Virus record (IMG/VR): IMGVR_UViG_3300049846_002551
Location: 1 to 64,000 of that record
Source of the DNA: a virus
DNA length: 64,000 bases
Direction: 5' to 3' (one strand)
Under the pieces are notes generated by a model, which did no database searches, was not told the DNA's origin, and saw nothing but the letters and a program-made list of their open reading frames with translations. Below are positions 38,458 through 49,096 of the stretch, piece by piece. Both the position numbers and the translations under genes were made by a program. How positions within the stretch are numbered: position 1 is the stretch's first letter; each line of letters opens with the position of its first letter.

Positions 38458-41336
38458 TGGGCGATTTGAATTATGGAGATTTTAGTTTAATAGACGGGAG
38501 ATTCATATTAGAAGATGTTGAATATGACTCGTTGCCCGATGGTTGGCAATGGCTAAGTGGTGAAGATGGGCTAAAAGGCGAGACAGTTAGGACGTTAACG
38601 CAAACACGAAAGAATATTGTACAACCTGCGCGTACAGGAAAGAATTGGTATAGCTATTCTGACGAAAGTTTTTCTGGTGATGCGGTTAACAAGTACGTTG
38701 ATGCTCGTTACATTGTCAGTCAAGTTTGGTCGGTATCATGGAATAACGCTTTCATGTCGTGGTGTATGCGCGATCATTTGATGACGCTGTACACTTTACA
38801 AAAGGGTTTCTGGTTACAATACGACGACGAAATGAGTCGAGATTGTGCGACTCTTCAAGCTATTGATAGTGACCGAACTCAGTTTGTCACACCTACTTAT
38901 CCTATTGCATTTTATCGAAAGGGTGATCCAGACGGTCAGTACTCTTTAGATACTTGTTATTTTGAACTGAGGATTGATAACGTAATTGTGGATTGGAACG
39001 ATAATCCATACAGAATTGATCCTGACATTGGGTTAGTGGTGTTTGAAAGTTCAATCAACGCGAATTCTATTGTGACGTTGAAATATTTATGGAGAGCGTA
39101 TGTTCGAATTAAGGAATTAAATTTAGCGCAGTTAGTGATGGCGCAACATCTGTATGTAGGAACTGTTGTATTCGAACAGCTAAAGCCTCCGTTAAGCTTT
39201 GAAAGGTTCGATGAATTTTTAGTGGATGAGCCTTGCCGCGATTGCGAAAATGGTGATCGTAGAATTAATGATGTCGGGGAAGTTTGTAACGATTTCGTTG
39301 GGCCAGCGTTAGTGACACACGGCGATGAATCTTTAATTGGGTGGGCAAACTTAGGAAACGCAAAGGTTTTAGATGGAGCTTATGCACAATGCACTTTGTT
39401 ATTAGGGGAATTTTCAGAGCAGTTGATCGCTGAGGAGTTTAATTTAGCGCCACCAGCCGATGTTCAGTTACGGGTTTCTAAATTTAAAGTTATTATTCAT
39501 CACGATGATATTAATGTTAACGTTAGGATGGTTTTTGCACGGCTGTTCTATAACGATCAACTTATAGGCCAGAATAAAGCAACAGGTGATAATGGGGTTG
39601 AAAAAACAGTTTCGTTTTACGTGACTTCAGATGAACTGGAAGGCTATTCGTTTACGTGGGACGAGTTACAGAACGGTGCGATGGGTGTTTCTGTCAAGTA
39701 TGAAGCTTTAGACGATACGGTAGTTTCGGTGGACTATATTGAGTTGACTGCTTGTTACGATGATGGGGATGAGATTGGTCCGGACATTGGTGATTGCGGA
39801 TGTGACAGCGACGAAGTTTCGGAAATTACTATTGTCAATTCTTTATTGAGTTGTACGCATCGAGAGGATGACATTTATATTACAGGATTCTCTATACCGA
39901 CTAATCATTACGTGCATGGAGTGGAGATTACGAGTTTTATTGCGGGAGCAGACAAGGGGTGTTTAGAGCCTCCAACTGAAGTAGCGGAAGTTGACATGCG
40001 CCTAAAGTTGAATACGGCTCCGTCCTCTTATTCCAGTTGGTTTTCGAAAAGTGCTCAACCTGTGAGGGTTTGTGATCATGCCTATTTGAACTTCATCGAT
40101 GCCACTAGCGATTATTCTTGGGGAGGTAAGAACGACGACTGGGGTAAGCCTTTTGGTGTCTGGTCCCCTGCACTTGTAAATACTAATGGATTTCGTTTAC
40201 AAACGGTGTGGGATACGGTTTGTGCCCCGGACGCTGGAGCTAACTGGAGTTATACTAAATCCTATGACGGCTCGGCAGTTGGAGTCGGAATTGTAGATGG
40301 TGGCTGTGACGCCGATTTTGATGACGCCTGGGGAAGTTCTGGTGAGAACACATCTAGGCAAATGTGTTGTGCTGGGGAAGTTCAAGGAACGCTAAGTTGC
40401 GAACAGTCTGGATCGATTACGCACGAGTTCACGTGGATTGGTGGTGGTGATCCCCCACCGTTTCTGTATGTGAAGGTTTACGCTAAAGCCTATGCAGGAA
40501 ATGGGTTATTTTCTTCAGACGCTGATCATTCTCAAACAGCGGATAACGGAATAGGAAGCCCCTTTGTCATGGACGCGAGTGGGCAGTTTGGAGTTTCGGA
40601 AGAAACGAAACTCTTACAAGTACAGGTTCTGGATGGGGTGGCGTCGTTGACTCTTCAGATGTATGCATATGCTTCTCAAGGTGCACCGTTATATCCTGTA
40701 AACAATCCATGTTGCACAGTTTACGTTACCACTACTGCAACTATTGATTCACCTGATACTTGCATCTATCCATCGATTGAAGCGGTTTCGGTTAAGGTGC
40801 ATCATTCACCTGTTTGTAGTGTGGATGCGCTTACGTATCAAGAAGCGGCAGTTTCCGGATGGAATACCGTATTCAAAGGTGAGTCGGGGGGTTTGGCGAT
40901 TAGTTCTGATGGTTCGATTGATGGTGCGTTTTCTTTGTTGGCGGAGCGTTTTGATGCACCAACGTTAGGGGCTAATAGCAGAATTGTCGGCTTTAGAGTT
41001 AGTGGCGAGTTTCGCGTTACACCTGCATATGTTCGTGTGGCGGATTTAACCTGGAAAGTTCATGTTGGGAGTTACGACTCTGGAAGAGCGGGACAAACTA
41101 TTAACTATCCACAAATCAACGATTGGACAGAGTTTTCGTTAGGTGGTAACGGAGACTTTTGGGATTACGGAACTACATACGGAGAAACGGGTGTAACGTA
41201 TCCCACCGCTACGGGTGCTCAATTAAACTCGTTTTTGAAACTAGAGTTGTTGGGAGATAATGATGCGAGTTATGCTTATGAGTTTAGAAGCCTAAAATTG
41301 AAGTTTTGGTATGTCGATGTTTGTGATGGAGTTTAA
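38457..41336 (+). CDS. distal tail/tail-tip protein with appended beta-sandwich domains
   Basis: Directly follows the tape measure; N-terminal ~240 aa paralogous to the next gene; Cys/Asp-rich repeated domains. Confidence 0.7.
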   Translation: MGDLNYGDFSLIDGRFILEDVEYDSLPDGWQWLSGEDGLKGETVRTLTQTRKNIVQPARTGKNWYSYSDESFSGDAVNKYVDARYIVSQVWSVSWNNAFMSWCMRDHLMTLYTLQKGFWLQYDDEMSRDCATLQAIDSDRTQFVTPTYPIAFYRKGDPDGQYSLDTCYFELRIDNVIVDWNDNPYRIDPDIGLVVFESSINANSIVTLKYLWRAYVRIKELNLAQLVMAQHLYVGTVVFEQLKPPLSFERFDEFLVDEPCRDCENGDRRINDVGEVCNDFVGPALVTHGDESLIGWANLGNAKVLDGAYAQCTLLLGEFSEQLIAEEFNLAPPADVQLRVSKFKVIIHHDDINVNVRMVFARLFYNDQLIGQNKATGDNGVEKTVSFYVTSDELEGYSFTWDELQNGAMGVSVKYEALDDTVVSVDYIELTACYDDGDEIGPDIGDCGCDSDEVSEITIVNSLLSCTHREDDIYITGFSIPTNHYVHGVEITSFIAGADKGCLEPPTEVAEVDMRLKLNTAPSSYSSWFSKSAQPVRVCDHAYLNFIDATSDYSWGGKNDDWGKPFGVWSPALVNTNGFRLQTVWDTVCAPDAGANWSYTKSYDGSAVGVGIVDGGCDADFDDAWGSSGENTSRQMCCAGEVQGTLSCEQSGSITHEFTWIGGGDPPPFLYVKVYAKAYAGNGLFSSDADHSQTADNGIGSPFVMDASGQFGVSEETKLLQVQVLDGVASLTLQMYAYASQGAPLYPVNNPCCTVYVTTTATIDSPDTCIYPSIEAVSVKVHHSPVCSVDALTYQEAAVSGWNTVFKGESGGLAISSDGSIDGAFSLLAERFDAPTLGANSRIVGFRVSGEFRVTPAYVRVADLTWKVHVGSYDSGRAGQTINYPQINDWTEFSLGGNGDFWDYGTTYGETGVTYPTATGAQLNSFLKLELLGDNDASYAYEFRSLKLKFWYVDVCDGV

Positions 41337-41355
41337 AAAATTAAATCGGTGAAAC

Positions 41356-42945
41356 ATGTCTAGGCAAGATGGCTACTTTATTGTAGACGGGGTTTTTCAT
41401 ACCGATCTACCAGTGGCATTCAGTCAAGTGCTGGACGACAATTTTGGTGTGCCTGATGCGGTTTATCATATTGCAGATGGGCAAAAGGTTGTGGCTGTTC
41501 AATCACCACAGCTTCTTGATTTAGATACCTATCAGGATTATTTTCACAGAAGAAAGATACATGTGCAAGCATGGAAAGCTGATTGGGGTGAAGAGTCGTT
41601 GATGACTGTTTTGATGGCGGAACAATTACGCCAATTGTATAATACTCAACAGAATTTCTGGATTCAATACGATGATGAGATGGCACGATGCTGGGGAAGG
41701 TTAGTGGGTTTGAACGCGGATTTAGTGAATGGGCATGCCGACCATGTGTACTTTACTCCGCATTACCCGATTTTTCCATTTGGGCACGAGCCACCAGACG
41801 ATCCAGAAGCGAGTGACGCTTGGGAATCGATGCTGATGGTTGGAAGAGAACTCTTAGATGTAGATGCGTATAGCGTTTATCCTGATTACGGAATGGTTGT
41901 CATTAATGCAGACGGTCGCCGTTATCATGATCGAATTAAAGCACATCTCAAATACACTTGGAGGGGTTATGTTCGAGTTAAGGAGTTGATGTTAAGCCCT
42001 CATCAATTAGCGCAAACTTATTATACAGGAACCGTCGTATTTGAGCAGGTAGCGATTCCAATTAGTGGCGTGGACTTAACGTGGCGCGATGCACCTTACA
42101 CTGGAGTGTGCACAGTATACGCTACAGTCAGAACCAGCACGTTTGCTAAGATTGCGATTGTTAGCAAAGCGGCGGGTAGTCGTTACGGCAAGATTATAGG
42201 TGGACATAACAACATCACGCCTATCCGTTTGGGTTCACGGGTTCGAGCTATTAAAGACATCGTGGCTCACAAATACGGAAGGACGGTTGTGAGTGCGTTT
42301 TCTATGGGAGTACCTGGAAATGGGACAGTAACGGCAATTGTTGCCGTTTCAGAAACAACTACAGGAACTACGATTGATTCATCAGGTACTGGGTGGTTTG
42401 GTTCTACGAACAGCAAGCCATTGGCAGAATTACTTGCGGATGGAGATGACCTCACTTATATTTATGGTTCTACGTTTAGTCAAAAGTTTAAGCTGACTTC
42501 GTTTAGTGATCCTTTAGTTAATAGTGGTCACACTTTGAATATTAAATGGAGAAGGGGTACGGGAGGCACGACAAAGCTTACGGTGTATTTGTTGCAGGGG
42601 ACGGCAAAAATAATTGCGGCTGTCACTTTCACACGGAGTGTGGACGATGACGCGGTTGACACGTATACTTTGAGTGGAGCGCAAGCAGATTTGATTACGG
42701 ATTACACTAACTTGTATGTAGAGTTCTATTCAGATAGGTTAGCGATTGTGCCAGCGTTTTTAATTGAGATTCCGATTCCTGGGGCTGGGGTTATTAAGAC
42801 TCGATCTGTTACTGGTAATGTTGCTGTTCAGTCAAAGGTAACTGCTGTACGACCACCGATTAATGGATATCCTGAACTTTCTAGGGTAAAGATTGTGACA
42901 TTAGCAAGCGGCATTTTGGGCTACTCTTGGTCTGGTAATGATTAA
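41356..42945 (+). CDS. distal tail/tail-tip protein paralog
   Basis: FWIQYDDEMAR, LKYTWRGYVRVKEL and YTGTVVFEQ match the upstream gene. Confidence 0.7.
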   Translation: MSRQDGYFIVDGVFHTDLPVAFSQVLDDNFGVPDAVYHIADGQKVVAVQSPQLLDLDTYQDYFHRRKIHVQAWKADWGEESLMTVLMAEQLRQLYNTQQNFWIQYDDEMARCWGRLVGLNADLVNGHADHVYFTPHYPIFPFGHEPPDDPEASDAWESMLMVGRELLDVDAYSVYPDYGMVVINADGRRYHDRIKAHLKYTWRGYVRVKELMLSPHQLAQTYYTGTVVFEQVAIPISGVDLTWRDAPYTGVCTVYATVRTSTFAKIAIVSKAAGSRYGKIIGGHNNITPIRLGSRVRAIKDIVAHKYGRTVVSAFSMGVPGNGTVTAIVAVSETTTGTTIDSSGTGWFGSTNSKPLAELLADGDDLTYIYGSTFSQKFKLTSFSDPLVNSGHTLNIKWRRGTGGTTKLTVYLLQGTAKIIAAVTFTRSVDDDAVDTYTLSGAQADLITDYTNLYVEFYSDRLAIVPAFLIEIPIPGAGVIKTRSVTGNVAVQSKVTAVRPPINGYPELSRVKIVTLASGILGYSWSGND

Positions 42946-42947
42946 TA

Positions 42948-45900
42948 ATGGGTTTAAATATTGATAGCTTAATACGCGCTGGGGATGTAGAGATACAGCA
43001 CCGGATTCGTAGGTACGACGTTAATTGGGGTCGTCCGCATTTTGCTGTTACTTATAAGCGACTGCTTCTTGCTAAGATGCCCATCGTTTACTGGTCGATG
43101 GAGCAGTCAGACTATGGTGGTTCCAGTTTTTATTCGCGGAATTGGGGGAGCGCAGGACGTGATCAAGATTTACATTATTTTCCGTCTGATGGAACGGGCT
43201 TGGTTTGGGATACAGGACAAGCAGACCCAACTGATTCTGAAGTGGATTTTGGTGGTGTGGGTTACGCGAATAGTATTGTTAGCTTAAGTAATTCTTACTT
43301 TGAGTTGGGTTACAGCATAGTGATGTGGATTAAGCCCAATAGAGTTTTAGATGCGGATGAGATTAACGGTTTGCTTTGCAAACAATTAAATGTTGGTGTT
43401 AGAGATGGGGGACTTTGCTCTATTGTCCTACAAGGCTATGAAGGAGTGAATCGCTTAGGGATTGTTTTCAATGACGATGAATCGATTTACTTGGATACGG
43501 CAGATGTTATATTTGAAGTTGATAAATGGTATTGCGTTGTGGTTACGGTTCAGCCTGGTGGAGATTTGACGTATCCTAATTTACCGATTTCTGCTGACAA
43601 TCCGCGCTTATGGGTTGATACGAATCCTGTTTACGTTTATGTGAATGGTGTAAAGGTTTGGGATAATGACGCTGTAGTTTTAAACGAACCAGATTTTGAC
43701 GTAACTAACTGCAATTGGATTGCAGGGGCTGTTCGATTTAATGATGGAATAGGGTTTAATTTTGATGGTCACATGGATGAAGTTGGAGTTTTTCCAATCG
43801 TATTTAATCAACAAACTGCAACTCAAATATATGGATTAGGTTTAGGGGCTACTTATCTTGAACCAGATGAGGATTTCGATAATGATGTTGTTGGGAGTTA
43901 TGCCGATCAGAGACGGTACGGACAACTTATTCTTGCTGATAGCCCTACGAATTATTGGAAAATGGATGAAGTTTTGGATGGAGGTGGTGATGACTATAAG
44001 TACGTTCCCGATGCTCAATCAGGATTAGCGAATCGAAACTTAAGCGTGGCTCGTGGAGCCGGACAATGGAATGAAAACCGTATTGTTGAAAGCCCTATTC
44101 TTTCTGCAAATTACTTGTCGTCTGATCCGCCAGGTAAAGCCTTAAAAATGTCTGGTGATGATTATCCTGGATTCATCAGAGATTTTGAACAGTTGGAAGA
44201 TACTGGAGAGCAAACGGTTGAGGTCTGGTTTAAGAAGGATGCATGGTCTAGCCACCCAGACGGCATTATTGGATTAACTGGATTCGATCATGGAAAAGGT
44301 TTTAATCTCGCTGTCAAAAGCGATGACCATTGGGGCGTAATTTTTTACATGTATTGGCACGGGTCTGATCACACCAAAAAGCTCTTCACCAGCGGAAAGA
44401 TGATTTTTAAGCGAGATACTTGGTATCACGTAGTGTCTACGCTTAATAAAGACGGTGAAGCGCGTTTGTATGTTGACGGTCAGTTAGTGGACTCAGCTTC
44501 GTGGGGTAAAGATTGGAAGTATAAGTACGCGCCGACTTCCAATCTATTTGTAGGTGGATGGGATGGTGATCCCAGAAATACACAACCTGTCTTTTATATC
44601 GACGATATTGCGCTGTATTCAAAAGCGTTATCTGCAAACCAAGTTTATACGCATTATTGGACTGGGAAACTTGGGCCTTATGCAAAGATTAATCTAACGG
44701 GGGGTGATCCGTTGCAGGAACCGTCACCTTTCATTATTGGCGTTAATGAATACAGTGTTTTAGAAAACGAAGAAGATATCACAGAGTTTGTGGACTCTTA
44801 TAATTTCGATGAGGATATTAAACAACTAGTTTCAACTGCGTCGATGACTGTTTACGAAGATTGGAATGCGGGGCAGATTAACACCAAGTTAAACGCTAAT
44901 ACTTATGTGAAGATCGACCGAAGGTTTCGAAGCCAGTCTTTGGATTATGATTCGGGTTGGGTTTCGATGGGGCATTTTTTGGTTGAAGGGCCTATTGGAA
45001 GTAGTGTATCTGCGTCTGGTAGCCGCACCGCAATGGTGGCGTTGAAGGGGCTGAATAAACTTTTCACTTTGGATTTAGCGCACACCCCAATAGAACCTGA
45101 TAGGCTGTTAGTTCGGAAACGAAAATTGGATGTAGTTACCTCAACGGTGGAGTACACGAAATATCATATGAGTCGGGATTCGGATAATCCGGACATTGAT
45201 AATGTTTTCCAGAACTGGGCTGAGTTTCCTTCCACTAAAATTTGGGTTACCGATTTTAAAAATTATGATAAAAATGATTCGGATAAGGGTGGTATTAACG
45301 ATCCGAAAGAAGTTATTCGCATCAAAGGTTCGGAAGGCGCGGTTCGAATTCTAGGTGGTGAGGGTGCCGTTACGATTGATAATACCTATCTTTTAGATAA
45401 AGTGAGTGATCGTGGTTTGGGTGATCCGTCGACAATTATGGCGGAATTTTACCGATACGCGACTATCGAAGATAAGAAAGAAGCTGAAGTTTTGGACATG
45501 TTTGTTCTTCGAAATCGTTGGCAACTTACATTAGAGGATGCGGGGTTGTTGATTGATGGTAAATCAATTCTTGTTCGAACTGGAAATGCAAAAGGAAAAT
45601 TATGGAAGCTTGTTTCAAACGGGACTGCACGTGAGATTACTGCGAATGAGAAGATAGATGCTGATACTGTTTTAACAAACATCGGAACTGAAGATAACGA
45701 TTGGGTTAAGGGGTCATCTTATGGTAGCGCACCACCACCTCCAGGTGATGGAACTCAATACGCAATTCAAGCAGTAGGGGATCATACAATTGATAGTACG
45801 TTTAATATTGCAGACATTCCATTAACAGCATTTATACCACGTACTTCTGTTGATTGGGATGACAATAGCAAGATAACTGGAATTAAGGTTAAGTTGTGGA

Positions 45901-47741
45901 GGCGGTGTAGGAATCCTTACGGTTTTACTGCGTCGAGAGACGCGGTGAAAGACCATATTATGCAGATTCGTGTGGGAAGTTTGTATACCGTATCGAACCC
46001 GTTAACGAGTTATTGGCCTACTACAACTATTGACTGGACGCTTGTGGAATATGGTGGCGATAATCAAACGCTTGGCGTGAATTGGACTTGGGGACAAATC
46101 AAAGATTCGTTAGAAGATGTCTCGTTCCAGTTTGCTGTTACGATTGATCGTGGACCTCTTCTAGATATAGTCGCCGAGTTTTATGAAGTTTCTATTGAAT
46201 TAATCATTGAAGATTTGGGTGTTATTACACTTCATGATATACATGGTTATCCGGTTAATCCAGAATATGAGGGGTTGGCTGTTGGCGATGTCGTTCAGAT
46301 TGGTGATTACAACTCTGTGGAAGATGCTATTCGAAAGGTTGCTTATCGATGCGGGTTTCAAGAGAACGATTCAAGTAAGCCTTTCTACTTTGAATTAGAT
46401 GCATGTCCAACTGCGTTGGCTCCATCGGTTCCGCCTATTAGACCGAAGATTAGTGATCAAACGCATTGGGGAGAAATTGTTGAGCAACTATTGCAATACG
46501 CTCCACCGAACTATCGTTTATCGATTAACAGCGATGGGGTTCTTCGTGGTCAACTTGTTGGATTTTTAATTGGTGCGGCACCTAACCATCAACTGGTTGG
46601 TCGTTTGGATATTAATGAAGATCACGGTGACTACGGGATTGCTACACGCTTAGTGATTGAAGGAGAATCTACGGACACTTTTAATGTTGGATTAAACATT
46701 GCCGCAGGTGGTACATCAGCGGTTCGCGCTTACGTGCTAGATGGTTATGCAGACCCCTCGAAACATCCTGATAAAGATGATTATTTGGGAATCACTATTA
46801 CGCAAGATCAAGCGGACGCTAAATGGCAACAAGTGTTCAATGGGAATCCAAAAACTCCAGTTCCGAGTGGAGGCAATAGTGCGTGGGTTACTCGATACGG
46901 TGTGATTTTAGCTCAGGAAGGTAAGCCAAAAGATGTTAAGCGTTGGAAATATGAGGATACAGCTTTATGCGCGATAGATATAGGAAGAGCGTCTACAGGT
47001 ACACCGATTGAAATTGAAGCGTTGGAGTTTACGTGGTTTAACCATTATTTAGAAGGTAACACGATTTCTCAATCGTTAATCGTTCATTACATGACTGAAG
47101 CGGATTACGAAGCAGAGTTTGGTGCTGTTTTAAGTTCGTCTCCGGATCAAGATGACATGAGTTATTTCCCATCAGCGAATTCCAGAGCTTGGAAACTACT
47201 GGTCGATGAATTTGCGCTGGAAGAATCTACGACTACAATTGAATCTGGAGAGTTTGAAGGTGGACTTCCGGTTGGGTGTCGTTTCTTAAAGTTTACTAAC
47301 GGTCAATCGCATTATCGTTTCCCAATGGAAGCACCAAGTGATAAAGATGCTGGAGTGCGTGTAACGTTAGCTGAATGTAAGATTTGGACTAGTCGAAGAA
47401 TTATTGCAACTGCTGAACTTGGAGTGAGCGGAATATTTGGAACTGGTGATTATAAAGAGTTAGCAACGAGACTTCGACGAAGAACGGACTATTTGGAGAA
47501 GAATTTGTATTTGAATAATTTTGATAAAGCTAAATCATTTGCTTTAGCGGAATTGCAAGAACGCTATGTTGATTTTACACCGATTGCGGTGACGGCATTT
47601 GCTCCGACAGTTGAAGTTGCCGACATAGTTTATTTGATTCATCCGGAGACTCGAATCGGAAAAACTTATTTAGTGGTTGCGGCTTCCCATGATGTAAGTG
47701 GAGTTGGAAAATTCCAAGTCTTGAATTACGATATCAACTAA
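42948..47741 (+). CDS. large tail-tip/baseplate hub protein with two LamG (ConA-like) domains
   Basis: P..YW.M, SI.MWIK, WYCVVVT, YVNG, F.G.MDEV pattern twice in the first ~580 aa; hub-like C-terminus. Confidence 0.8.
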   Translation: MGLNIDSLIRAGDVEIQHRIRRYDVNWGRPHFAVTYKRLLLAKMPIVYWSMEQSDYGGSSFYSRNWGSAGRDQDLHYFPSDGTGLVWDTGQADPTDSEVDFGGVGYANSIVSLSNSYFELGYSIVMWIKPNRVLDADEINGLLCKQLNVGVRDGGLCSIVLQGYEGVNRLGIVFNDDESIYLDTADVIFEVDKWYCVVVTVQPGGDLTYPNLPISADNPRLWVDTNPVYVYVNGVKVWDNDAVVLNEPDFDVTNCNWIAGAVRFNDGIGFNFDGHMDEVGVFPIVFNQQTATQIYGLGLGATYLEPDEDFDNDVVGSYADQRRYGQLILADSPTNYWKMDEVLDGGGDDYKYVPDAQSGLANRNLSVARGAGQWNENRIVESPILSANYLSSDPPGKALKMSGDDYPGFIRDFEQLEDTGEQTVEVWFKKDAWSSHPDGIIGLTGFDHGKGFNLAVKSDDHWGVIFYMYWHGSDHTKKLFTSGKMIFKRDTWYHVVSTLNKDGEARLYVDGQLVDSASWGKDWKYKYAPTSNLFVGGWDGDPRNTQPVFYIDDIALYSKALSANQVYTHYWTGKLGPYAKINLTGGDPLQEPSPFIIGVNEYSVLENEEDITEFVDSYNFDEDIKQLVSTASMTVYEDWNAGQINTKLNANTYVKIDRRFRSQSLDYDSGWVSMGHFLVEGPIGSSVSASGSRTAMVALKGLNKLFTLDLAHTPIEPDRLLVRKRKLDVVTSTVEYTKYHMSRDSDNPDIDNVFQNWAEFPSTKIWVTDFKNYDKNDSDKGGINDPKEVIRIKGSEGAVRILGGEGAVTIDNTYLLDKVSDRGLGDPSTIMAEFYRYATIEDKKEAEVLDMFVLRNRWQLTLEDAGLLIDGKSILVRTGNAKGKLWKLVSNGTAREITANEKIDADTVLTNIGTEDNDWVKGSSYGSAPPPPGDGTQYAIQAVGDHTIDSTFNIADIPLTAFIPRTSVDWDDNSKITGIKVKLWRRCRNPYGFTASRDAVKDHIMQIRVGSLYTVSNPLTSYWPTTTIDWTLVEYGGDNQTLGVNWTWGQIKDSLEDVSFQFAVTIDRGPLLDIVAEFYEVSIELIIEDLGVITLHDIHGYPVNPEYEGLAVGDVVQIGDYNSVEDAIRKVAYRCGFQENDSSKPFYFELDACPTALAPSVPPIRPKISDQTHWGEIVEQLLQYAPPNYRLSINSDGVLRGQLVGFLIGAAPNHQLVGRLDINEDHGDYGIATRLVIEGESTDTFNVGLNIAAGGTSAVRAYVLDGYADPSKHPDKDDYLGITITQDQADAKWQQVFNGNPKTPVPSGGNSAWVTRYGVILAQEGKPKDVKRWKYEDTALCAIDIGRASTGTPIEIEALEFTWFNHYLEGNTISQSLIVHYMTEADYEAEFGAVLSSSPDQDDMSYFPSANSRAWKLLVDEFALEESTTTIESGEFEGGLPVGCRFLKFTNGQSHYRFPMEAPSDKDAGVRVTLAECKIWTSRRIIATAELGVSGIFGTGDYKELATRLRRRTDYLEKNLYLNNFDKAKSFALAELQERYVDFTPIAVTAFAPTVEVADIVYLIHPETRIGKTYLVVAASHDVSGVGKFQVLNYDIN

Positions 47742-47751
47742 AGATGATACT

Positions 47752-48381
47752 ATGAGAATCGATGCTTTTGAATTGTCGGCGTATGAAATTGTGAGTCAAG
47801 CGGATGAGGTTGCAGAACAAATCATAGGCACGGTTACGTTAGATGAACCTGCTCCGGAGGGTGGCGTCTTAGTACTCATTGGTTCAATTGATTCCGAATT
47901 GAAAGTGCCTAGAAGTGCGTTGGTTGAGCCTGGAGAAACGTCCGTTAATTTCTATATTGGATCAGGAGCGTTATTACCGCTTTACGTATACCATGTGTAT
48001 GCTCAAGTTCAGGAGAGTGTGGCGCGTCAGAAAGTAGTTTTAAAACTTCCTGGTTTGGCGTCTGTTGCCTTTAGCCCGAATAAAGTGGAAGGTGGTGAAG
48101 TTTCTCGGTTAACGGTGAATTTAGATTCTCCTGCTCCGGCTACAGGTGCGCTTGTTTTGTTTACGGAGGTGATTGGCTATGATGGAGAGAACACTCCATT
48201 ACTATTAGACTTGCCACCTAGTTTGTTTTTCGCGTCAGGAGACACGACTAATTATTGCGATGTAACCACTCGTGTTTGGGACGGTGGGCGTCGTCCACCA
48301 CCCCGTGAAATTAACACAGCCGTCGACGCAATTTATGGAACGAATACAAAACGTGCTATTCTTACGATTACAGACCCATGA
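47752..48381 (+). CDS. Ig-like repeat virion protein
   Basis: Two copies of a GTVTLDEPAPEGG / LTVNLDSPAPATG beta-sandwich repeat. Confidence 0.7.
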   Translation: MRIDAFELSAYEIVSQADEVAEQIIGTVTLDEPAPEGGVLVLIGSIDSELKVPRSALVEPGETSVNFYIGSGALLPLYVYHVYAQVQESVARQKVVLKLPGLASVAFSPNKVEGGEVSRLTVNLDSPAPATGALVLFTEVIGYDGENTPLLLDLPPSLFFASGDTTNYCDVTTRVWDGGRRPPPREINTAVDAIYGTNTKRAILTITDP

Positions 48382-48728
48382 TAGCGAGAAAACTTGACTC
48401 TGATTTCACGATTACAAAGCGGTTAATCAATCGCGTAGTAAAGAAAGCAATTAGCGATGAACTACCTGCTGGACGGTCTAATAAGTTTGTTCAGAATTAC
48501 GTGTTTGGAGTAGGCGGAGGCGGAAGCAACTTCGGGGGTAACGGTCAATCGCAAGGCAAGACTACAGGCTTAGTATATGATCCTGCCGACCCTGGAGTAA
48601 TCTCAGAGCAGACTCGCGCAAAAATTCAAGGCTTAAAAGGTGTGTATTTGCATGATAATCCAAGCGAGGATTCTATCAATATTGTCGCTGAAGCGGTGAA
48701 CGATCCGTTTTTTTGGTTAGGAATTTAA
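48378..48728 (+). CDS. hypothetical tail protein
   Basis: 116 aa; ATGA coupling. Confidence 0.65.
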   Translation: MIARKLDSDFTITKRLINRVVKKAISDELPAGRSNKFVQNYVFGVGGGGSNFGGNGQSQGKTTGLVYDPADPGVISEQTRAKIQGLKGVYLHDNPSEDSINIVAEAVNDPFFWLGI

Positions 48729-48731
48729 ACT

Positions 48732-49076
48732 ATGCCACAGTCATCAGTTGCTAGACGTTTAGCTCAAGGTGAAGTGCCCACTTCTCAAACAGTTGTGTAT
48801 ACAGTCGGAGATTCAGCACGAGCTATTTTATCCAGTATTTCGTTTCATAACAGTAGTGGTGCGGACCGCTTAGTGAGTATGTGGATTGTGCCAAATGGTG
48901 GTTCTGCGGATTCGTCGAATAAATTTTTAGAGACAATTTTATCTGATGAAGAGTCTTATCGAGAGAGTGGGTTAGGGCAAGTTTTAGAGCCTGGAGACAC
49001 AATTATTCTGACAGAAGATAATGGCACATCTGATGTTGCGTATTATTTATGTGGGGCTGTTTTAACAGAGGTTTAG
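48732..49076 (+). CDS. small virion structural protein
   Basis: T.VYTV...I...N.....V..WIVP.GG...QVLEPGD pattern of a common phage beta-sandwich protein. Confidence 0.7.
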   Translation: MPQSSVARRLAQGEVPTSQTVVYTVGDSARAILSSISFHNSSGADRLVSMWIVPNGGSADSSNKFLETILSDEESYRESGLGQVLEPGDTIILTEDNGTSDVAYYLCGAVLTEV

Positions 49077-49096
49077 TATCCGGTAGAATGTAGGAT

